From Bugula neritina (Eukaryota > Animalia > Bryozoa), in assembly GCA_964035545.1 (NCBI GenBank), contig OZ037769.1, positions 13,174,633 to 13,238,632 on the forward strand: a stretch of 64,000 nt of DNA. The letters run 5' to 3'. Positions 54,877 through 64,000 of the stretch are shown piece by piece. Position 1 is the first letter of the stretch; each line of letters starts with the position of its first letter. Below the pieces are notes generated by a model. It was given only the letters and a program-made list of their open reading frames with translations. It was not told the DNA's origin and made no database searches. The position numbers were made by a program, and so were the translations under genes.

Positions 54877-57800
54877 TTACTCCATCTTGGGAGTTGAAGA
54901 CGTAGTGTTATGACTAAACGGAAAGAAGAAGGGGTTTGGTGAGAAAGGCAGAGTTGGAGATCTGAAGGCTACTTGACTATGTTGAACCAGATGAGCGTAA
55001 AACAGAGCCTCATTGGCTACTTTGATGTGACAATGAGGGCATTCAAAGTGAGGCACAACTGCAGACGACGTGCTCGGTACGATTCTAGAATCTTCCAAAG
55101 ACTCCGACTGAGTCCCAAATAGTTCTCCGCTCAGAGAAGATGACATAAGAGACGGAGGGGAGGCCTTGACATGGGACATCAAATGGTCCACCAGCTTCTC
55201 CTGTCCAGAGACGAGTTTACCGCAGACCGTGCAGCCGTAGTGGTTGTTGAGGAGGTGCGCAAGCGCCTCCGTAACGTGTGAACATCGCACGTGAGCTCTC
55301 AGGCCGTCTATCCTTTTAAATGCTCGTCCGCAAGTCACTATGGGACAGAGGTAAGGCTTGATGTCGCTATGACGACTTTGACAGTGACGCTGTAACTTAT
55401 CGTTACGTTTGAACGCAGCGCCGCAGTCGTTGCAGACGAATTTCCTAGGTCCATGAACGTTCTTAATGTGCTGTGTCAGCCGGTCTCGGAGATTGAAGGT
55501 GCTGTCGCACTGCTCGCACCTGTATGACTTCCCTGGGGTGGTGGTGTGGGAGAGAACATGCTTCATGAGAGAGAGGCGTTTCACCTACAATGACAATAGA
55601 AAAATCCAGCAAATCATGACAAAATACAGGAGGGCACAAGAACTGAATATATTAGAGGAAATAGAAATCACAGAACGCCAGGTGTAACACACATCACTAG
55701 CTCCAGCCCAGGGTTGTGATACAGTGACAATACAGGATCAAATCAACCAATAGCATGTTTATAGATGTAGATTAGATAGATTAGAGGAATGAAGAAATTA
55801 AGGAAGCCTGTGTTCCAGAAGAAACGAGTAGCAAAAGAAGTTATGTTCTCCTCAGAACTTCAACCCAAACCAAAATTCATTAAGTAAATAATAGAATTTA
55901 GGCTATTTAAGTCTCTCATTATTGTACCTAAACAGTTAGTTAACTACCTACTATCACAAGTCCCATGAAGTTCACAGAGTTAAGAATCACCAACTCAGGG
56001 CTTCGTGACCTTGCTGGCAAGGTCAACTGGATAGCCGACCTTCTAACTAAGTCAACATTGGTGACCTGCCAGTACACACAGATGCTGTGGCACAGAGAGA
56101 GGACACTGGTGTATAGTAGGGAGCTATGTTGTAGTTCATTATTGTTTGTTCAAGTAAGAGAGCCAATTTCATTGAGTGTGATCCAAAACGTATATTGAAA
56201 AGTTATAATTTAGACTTGCTTGATGGACCCAATTATACAAACAAGCTGTTGCTGTGTATTACATTCTTGTACAGTAAAGGAAAACTAAAAAGATCATATG
56301 ATAAAAAACTACTTTGCTGCCTGCGACAGCGGAATCTCTGACCTTTTCATTACACTCCGGACAGCTGACGAGTTGCTGAGAACATTTCATACGATGCAAC
56401 TCCATATTTTCATCAACGGTCGACTGACAGTACGTGCATACTGATTGGACAGCTGAACTCAACTTGTGAGATTTGCTGTGATTGGCTAAGCCAGCAGGAC
56501 TTGGCTGATGATCATTACACACCTGCAACAATAACAAAGGAAAGACTGTAGGAATGCCATCACACCGGTGCACCTGCACCAATGTATAATCGTATAATTT
56601 AAAAACGCATTTAGTTTACTCCCAAGAGAGCCCTTGTGAGAAGAACTTCCAGGTGGCTATAGACATTTCGCCTCAAACCATACTAGCAATTCTTACGCGC
56701 CGGAACAACATTAACCAAAGTAATCTGTGACATCACTAAGGAGACTTGTTTCACGGTTCAAATACACAAGACAGGTGCTGAACCCACAGAGCCAGTTTAA
56801 AAACACATGCATTCAATTTTTTGTTTGTTTGTTTAAACAGAATAAGAGCAGTTGTGGAGGTCAAGAGAACAACATTTAAATGGGTAGACAACTCTTTGAA
56901 CTTATTTAGCAATGGGTAAACTCGTACTGCTATCAGCAATACCACAGGCCAATTATTTATAATATATAAAGAATTCATCCAATCGACTTTTCGTGACAAC
57001 TGAAAAATAATGTAGCTCAACTCATGGATGTAATATTCATATTTGCAAATTTAGCAAAACCCACACTTTTAATTAAAATTTACAAGTCAAGGTCATTAAA
57101 TCCTCTAAACTCCTGGAAAGGTGCAAAGGCAGTTGATATGAGTTTCTACTTATTATTTAATTCAAGTTTAAAAGATACTAAAATTGATTAAATCAAAATA
57201 TGTAACTAGTCTTAAATGCACTAATAATTTCACGCTACTTGATAAGTTCCCTAACAGATGCAGTTGAATGGTGGACAGTGTAAACAGTACATAAAATAAA
57301 TGATTTATCCAGAGATCCATTCTGCATGTGTTGGGTGGGGAGGGGAGGTTGCCATACCAGTCAGTAGGCATTACTCAGTAGGCATTTTCAATCTTGTTTC
57401 ATTCAGAAGGTGACTAAAAGCGCTTTATTAATTTTATAAAAGTGTTCAGAAAAATTATTTAAATAAACAGTCTACCAAGAACAATTAAATTGACTCAATA
57501 ATTCAATAATTGAACGACCTTGAACTACGAAGTTATAGCGATAGACGACATTTTACCGCAACACACGGTCGAATCAGTGCACGAGGTCTAATCAGAGAGT
57601 GCACTTACATAACACTTTTCAATACGACACAAAATCCAGTTAATTGTTGCCGGAGGTAAGCTGCTACAACACATTCCGATGGAAATGAAAAGGGGCGGAG
57701 CCCCGTGTCATAAGTCATAATTCAGGTTCGTTAGCAACGATTAAAGCTTAATATAATATCATTTAATATGAGTAAAGAAAAACAAATTTTTTCTACCTGT

Positions 57801-60800
57801 TTTTTTATAATAAAATTGTAGAAAGTACAACTAAAAACACCATCAATTGGCTAAAACCAATGAAATTGTTGAGTACACAGTGCGACATGGCTGAGTTTTT
57901 TCAGCGATTATAAACAAGTTAAGAATTAAACACAAGAAACATTTTTAATATAAATTTAACGTAAAAAGTTCAAACAAATTAGGATATGTTTATACATTTA
58001 TTTTACACAATGTTGAAAAACTAAAAAGTTTTATAACTAAAGAATTCTTTAGCTGATTTGAAATATTGCATTTTGGAAGTAAATCGTTAAACTAGAATTT
58101 ATTATATTGTGTCATTATTAGGCTATACATTTCTCGAAAAACTATAGAATATTTTTTCTGTCGAAATTTCTGCTGTTTCCTACTTAAAACGTGACACAAA
58201 AACTGAACTGCAAGTTAGTGGAAGCATGCATGGCGTTGGATTTGAATATGTTAAAATTATGAATACATCTTTATCAGCCAACACCAACAAAAACTGCTGC
58301 AAAAAGTGAGACGCAGTGATGCGAGGATCTGTAAAGAAAACCTTCAAAAGGTCGTTGGTTTCTCATGGCTTGAAACGGAGGCTTATGGCTTCTACCAACT
58401 ACCACTTAGCACGGCAGTCATTATTCTAGAAGCATTTTAACTTGAAGAATTATTGCTCATTTCTCTGGAAGGATGAATATATATTTCTAATTAAAATTAT
58501 AAATCTCGATTAAAATGATTGCTGAGAAAAACTGCTCATTGTTGATTACAGAGTTTCCATTAGAATTTGCAGTGAGCTGTTTTATTTTAGGAGTTGGCAA
58601 TCCCACGTTCTCGTAATTCCAAAAAAGTGAATAATAAAATCACGGCAATGTAGAGAGTCACCCAAGGGCTGACATTGGAGCAGATGTTGACATTAGCTAA
58701 AATATTTTCCATTCCAGTGATGATTGTACAGAACAGAGAGAGAACAGATGGCCTAATTTAAAATTTCTACTGAGCTGGTGATTCATTTAACAACGTAGAA
58801 AATGCTAGAATAGAAACTAACTCTGAACCTAATAGACCAACTAATGGCTTCCTAAGTCAGTGCACAGTTCTTGAAAATTGTGTTTTAACCAGAAATCTTT
58901 GTATTTCAATGCAAATCGAAAGGCTAACAGTCAATGTCTGGCAGCTTAAGACCGTATTCGAAACCACAGTCATAACCCTCTTAAGTCCCGCAATTCCATT
59001 ATCACGTCAACCACAATAAAATATCTACTTTTTGCCGAACCCTCGGAACTCAAGCAATGGCCCTACTGATTAAGGGACCTTGACTCACAAATCTTGGGCC
59101 TCCGCTTTTCAAGGTGAATGGGTTTAACCACCAGTCGTCTTAATTGCCAACATATACAGAGTAAAACCACTGAATTTAAATAAGAAAATACTTAAAATCA
59201 AATGTTAAGGGAATTAATGGTGAAATATTAATTAATTAATGAGGACTGCCCCATTTTTCAACCTTTGCAAGAATTTTCTGGAACCAAGCGTGGGGCTGAC
59301 GAGCCCAAAAAGCCAGTTTAGAAGTCCATTTTAAGCAAAGCTGCGAATATTACCAATGATATTAATAATAACTCCCCTCAATATCAATCTACTCAATCAG
59401 CAATTATCAATTTTAACCCGCAAAAATAAACAAACAGAAAAAACGGAGTATACAGCTGTTCAAATCTTTGGGCAGACATAATTTTCTGAGTGCACGGAAC
59501 TAATACAAAATGGCTCCGAGCTCCCTAACTCTTGTGATGTATTGTATTCAGCTTCCTGACCAAAAACCCAGAGATTTTCTAATAATAAATTGGAAAAGCA
59601 ATGAGTTGCAGGTAGAACTAAAATATAAACCAGTGAAACTGGTAAAGTATAGCATAGAGCTCTCACCTTGCAGACATAGGCCTTCTGGGAGTGTTCTACT
59701 TCGTGATCAGACAACTCCAACCATGTGTGGAACTCCAGCCTACAGTCCGCTACTACACACCTAAACAGTAGAAATCTTTAGATAGAGAAATAGAGCAACA
59801 CTATACAAATAGAAAAATTCTAGAGTTCCTATAAAAATAGCTTTAGATGTACTAATAGAATAATTCTAGATGTTCCTTAGAATCATCCTAAATGTACTAA
59901 TAGAATTACTCTAGATGTACTGATAGAAGGAAGCTAGATATACTAATAGAACACTTCTAAATTTACTAATAGAAAAATTCTAGATGTCATAATAGGATAA
60001 TTATAGATATGTTAATAAAATAAAACCAGGTGTCTCAGTAAATCATAGCTGAAGCTATTATAATGTGATAAGAGAACATATATACAGTAGGTATTATACC
60101 TGTTTTAAACATATTTATAAAACAATTATATACACATAAATAGGGGAGCTGTGGAAATAGTAGTATGGATATTATATAGAGATGCAAATTATGACATTTC
60201 GGCTGCAGGACAAATGTTGAAATCAACAAAATAAATTTTAAATGGCCATCAAGAAAAAGCAATAAAATAATATTAATTATTTCCATTTTTTATTTCCAAG
60301 TGTCAACCACTGTACCAAAATGTTGAGTCTAAAATAATATTATAGGATTAAAATTCAAATTGACAAAGGCACAAGGGGCAATTTAAAAATTTAATTCTTC
60401 AGTATGGGCGAATGATAAGCCCAAGTTATACCAGGAGCAGACGATTATGGCCTAACCAATATTAATTAAAACTTTAGAATGTTATTATACTCTTTGTGCA
60501 CTTTTTAACTCCTGAGAAAATATACCTTTAGAATTATGATGATTGATTACATTGCTAATTAATATTAAATGACCTTGAGTTTGAAATTCAACCACCTTCC
60601 GGCAGAATCTTAAGTAACGGATAAGTATTGTTACTGAAAGAAGTGGGGCACCGCAAGTATTACGACATGTGTACCATAATCCCGGGGTCAATGTTTGGCC
60701 TTACAGATTTCATGTGTTAAAGTGCATATTTATTTGAAAGAAGCTAACATTAAATAACACAAACTTTAGGGTTCAAATGCTTTTTGTTTCAAATACTAAC

Positions 60801-63134
60801 ATGTTTTATTGACAAAAACTATCTAATTAGGAAGTTTGCACTACAAAATTTAAATCTTGAAATAACACACAAACCAAAATAAAAACAAATCTATTCAGAA
60901 AAGTGTTTTTCGATATTGTGGTACAAATTCTATTGAAATATTAGAATAGAATCTAAGCCATGTTTTATGTAACTCACTGGAATATCGTTTGAGAATAATT
61001 TCTATAGCTTCCAGTTCCAGCAATTTATAAACATACTGGTTTATGAAAACAATATAATTAAACACTCTACAAATAAAATTGCAAAAATTGAAAATTTTAA
61101 CTTTCAAAAACTGACAATAATTTATATCCAACCATCCAATCCCATTGGAAATACAAAGGGTGATAAAACCATCTAATCACTTCTTGGCATTGTCCATGTT
61201 ATAATTATATATCTGAATAGTTGGATCCATTTTGGTTAAAATGCTTAGATTTGTATTTAGTATACAGTCAAGAACAGCCCACATTTCTTTAATACACACC
61301 AGATCTTCATACTCAGCAACATGACAAAACATTTGATACGCCTTAAAACTTCATAAACAACTCCATCCGCTACTCGAACTACTCATGTACAAAACAAATA
61401 AAAAAGTTTTTCTGGTACTTTTCATATTTTAGTACTTTTTACCTCCATAATGCAATTAAATACTCATTCAACCAATCAAAATCAATTTAAATGACAATAA
61501 GACTTCACCTAAACTTAGAGATTCTTGTTTATAAAAAAATAAAGTATAAATTAATTTTAATTTATTTATAAATATTTTGACACAGGAAAAAACCATTTCG
61601 ATAAAAAAATAATTTATGATCATTGAGGAATTTATAAAATCATTATAATTCAGAAATCTATCAATACACTACACAAAGCTGCATAGAAGAGCTGTTAGGC
61701 TAAGACCTGTAAGTGAACTACTATTGCAGTCAACCATCTACTACTACAACTTGCTATCTTATCTTCTTTCCACCACAAGCCAGTAAAAGCACATATATAT
61801 TACAAACTTTACTGTAATATAAAAATTTCTCAAACCGACAGTAACCGCATTGCATTTACTCCTTCTTTTAAATTCAATTTACGTTTTTAGCAGCATGAAA
61901 AATGATACAGCTAACAAAATGGCACAACAGAACATCCAAGATTGATAAATTATTGTTTGGGTACTTAACGAGTATATAATAGAGTGAAGGCAGATTGATG
62001 CAGGTTACGAAACCAGCAAGTCATAAAGTATAATAAATTATCTTCCACCACAGCTCCATGTCATTATATCGGTCAGCCCCATACCACCAGCCATAATACC
62101 AGAATACTATTGTATTACATTACAATATACTATAATATTGTATTACATTACAATATACTATAATATTATAATACCATAATACTATTATATTACATTACAA
62201 TATACTAGAATACCATAAACATTATATTATATTGCAATATACTATAATACTAAAATACCATAAACATTATATTATATTTGAATATACTATAATACTATAA
62301 TACCATAAACGTTATACTGCATTACAATATAATTACAATTATATTACATTGCAATATACTATAATACCATAAACATTATATTACATCACAACATATTACT
62401 ATATAACAAGAACCTAGTAGCATCATATCTCTTTACTGTGAACATTGCTCAGCTATGAGAAATAAAATTTACTAAATAAATTAATAAACACACTGCTTAA
62501 AAAGCTAGACTTTTAGTAAACTTTGTGTGAAGTTAAATAACGTTCTCAAACTAAGATTTACAACTAGTAGTAACGCATTAATCAGCTTTAAGTTTTCATC
62601 ACCAAAAACTATTATTAAAAAATAAACAAGAAACGTATTAGTTTTGTGGGTCAAGAAATGTTACACCAGAAAAAGTGATTTCATATTTTAAAGCAAAGGC
62701 AAACAGTTCATCATCATTGGTTTGTATTAAAATGTATTTTTAGGAAACAAATGAAAATGTCATTAATTTATTTAATTACCTTTTAGGAATCAAATACTGT
62801 TCTTTATTTTCATCTCCTAATAATTTAGATTGACAATCACAGCCTTATTTTTTTATTCACTGTAATATTCACTATACTGACTATACATTCCACTTATATA
62901 TGCTGTAATATATTGCCTATACACAACAAGCAGTTGACTTATACACAATACATATATTACCTATACACAAAGGGTATATTACCTATACACAATGGGTATA
63001 TTACCTATACACAAGGGAGATGCCGTGATCAGTTCGCACATGCTCTCTCAGTGTTTCCAGCTCTGCGTGCTGATTGGTGCATAGCCAACAAGGATAGTCC
63101 AATGCAACTCTTTCTTCTGGACTGCCATTTGATT
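54877..63134 (-). CDS. Multi-C2H2 zinc-finger protein (~10 fingers visible; 5' end not found, probably beyond the window)
   Basis: Exons 63134-63005 (YPCWLCTNQHAELETLREHVRTDH), 59760-59667 (CVVADCRLEFHTWLELSDHEVEH..YVCK), 56522-56343 (VCNDHQPSPAGLANHSKSH..CPECNEK) and 55584-54877 (VKRLSLMKHVLSH plus five more fingers). All are GT-AG and phase compatible, and split fingers are rebuilt across the junctions. Confidence 0.88.
59805..60015. repeat. Degenerate ~22-bp tandem repeat (aatagaaxaattctagatgtact)
   Basis: Seen directly in the sequence. Confidence 0.7.
60400..61200 (-). mobile_element. Highly decayed Helitron Rep-domain remnant in a zinc-finger gene intron
   Basis: Colinear minus-strand motif traces: PFVFPMGLDGW (cf. 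YPLLFPxGxxGW), NQY, VVIL and KVVEFQTQGHLILI (cf. VIEFQKRGLPHAHIL). Many stops and frameshifts. Confidence 0.45.
62095..62405. repeat. AT-rich degenerate minisatellite (tattacattacaatatactataat...)
   Basis: Seen directly in the sequence. Confidence 0.85.
62953..63017. repeat. 22-bp x3 tandem repeat spanning an exon/donor junction
   Basis: TATATTACCTATACACAAnGGG units at 62953, 62975 and 62997. Confidence 0.85.
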
Positions 63135-64000
63135 CTAAAAATAACAATTTTAAATATTATATATTACTCTACACATATGCAGTGCTGCCTCCGTATCTCA
63201 CCAAGTTCCGGGCTTAAAATCTTAATTCGTGACATAGTAGAATACCATATTTAACTTTTCAGGTCCATTACATTCGGCCATTTTGTCCCTATACACATAC
63301 ATGGGCCACAAACCATGGTCTATGAAGTTTTGTAATAAATAGAACCGTGAGATACAGAGGGAATGCTGTATTACTCTAAACATAATATATCATTCTAAAC
63401 ATCCATTACTTGGTACTTCAAATCAACAGAAGTAAAAAAAATATTTATTGGGTAGCTCATGGGTTTGCATTTGTATTATTAAATAACTCATTAGTTGCCT
63501 GAAATATTAAATTAACCACTCGTCATGTATTAAACAGTGAAGTAATAATTTTACTAGTACGAAATGCTGGTAGAGCCAGGAGAAAAAGATAGAAAATGGA
63601 AAATATAAGCTGAGATATTTAATATTTGAATCATCATCAATACTTCAAATGCCCTTCCCAGAAAGTCACGTCAGTTCAAATCAAACGCAGCTATGAAGAG
63701 TATGTGAAGCAGAAGAGATGATGACACACTAGATAACCGGCATCATGACACAAATATTGTCAGCTGGTAGGAAATACTTCAGAGAAAAGTCATTTCATGT
63801 GATTTTCAAATTTGGCCTATTTCATTACAAAAGTTTTATATACTTTAGTACTATGTAACAGTATTATATATTATGCTGGCTTCATGTATTATATTAGTTT
63901 TATATATTATTATATTATACCATACTAGCATTAAATATCATGGTATAATAGTTTTATATATTATGCCAATATATATTCTGATAGCAAAACGCCGGAATTT

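Noticed and set aside
55715-55958. Second solo LTR (TGTGATA...TATCACA)
   Set aside because: Inverted termini are present but there is no target-site duplication and no second copy in the window.

Overview
This is AT-rich, intron-containing animal genomic DNA. The gene families and repeats suggest an invertebrate, probably a lophotrochozoan, but the species cannot be fixed from sequence alone. In order, the window holds: (1) a minus-strand tandem array of at least five intronless SAT1/SAT2-like GNAT genes (1-10295). Every copy has lost the Gly-rich acetyl-CoA-binding motif A, and the four complete copies also lack the catalytic Tyr, so this is a candidate pseudo-enzyme or neofunctionalised family and the most novel signal here. 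(2) An intronless SNAPC3 lying head-to-head with (3) a 7-exon AMACR that ends in the peroxisomal signal SKL and needs a GC-AG first intron. (4) A ~14 kb gene-poor stretch, then a Dop1/D1-like dopamine receptor with a ~550 bp (CA)n in its intron. (5) A young 5'-truncated CR1-group LINE bracketed by tRNA-like repeats. (6) A hand-assembled ~15-exon type I membrane protein (signal peptide, CUB, F-type-lectin-like domain, TM, cytoplasmic tail) that the ORF track largely misses. (7) A minus-strand multi-C2H2 zinc-finger gene running off the right end. Mobile DNA includes two tRNA-derived SINE-like families, three or four MITE families (one nested in a SINE, one in a minisatellite), a solo LTR with a perfect 5-bp target-site duplication (TSD), and a decayed Helitron remnant. 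All gene models were built by eye from splice signals and reading frame; none has transcript support here.
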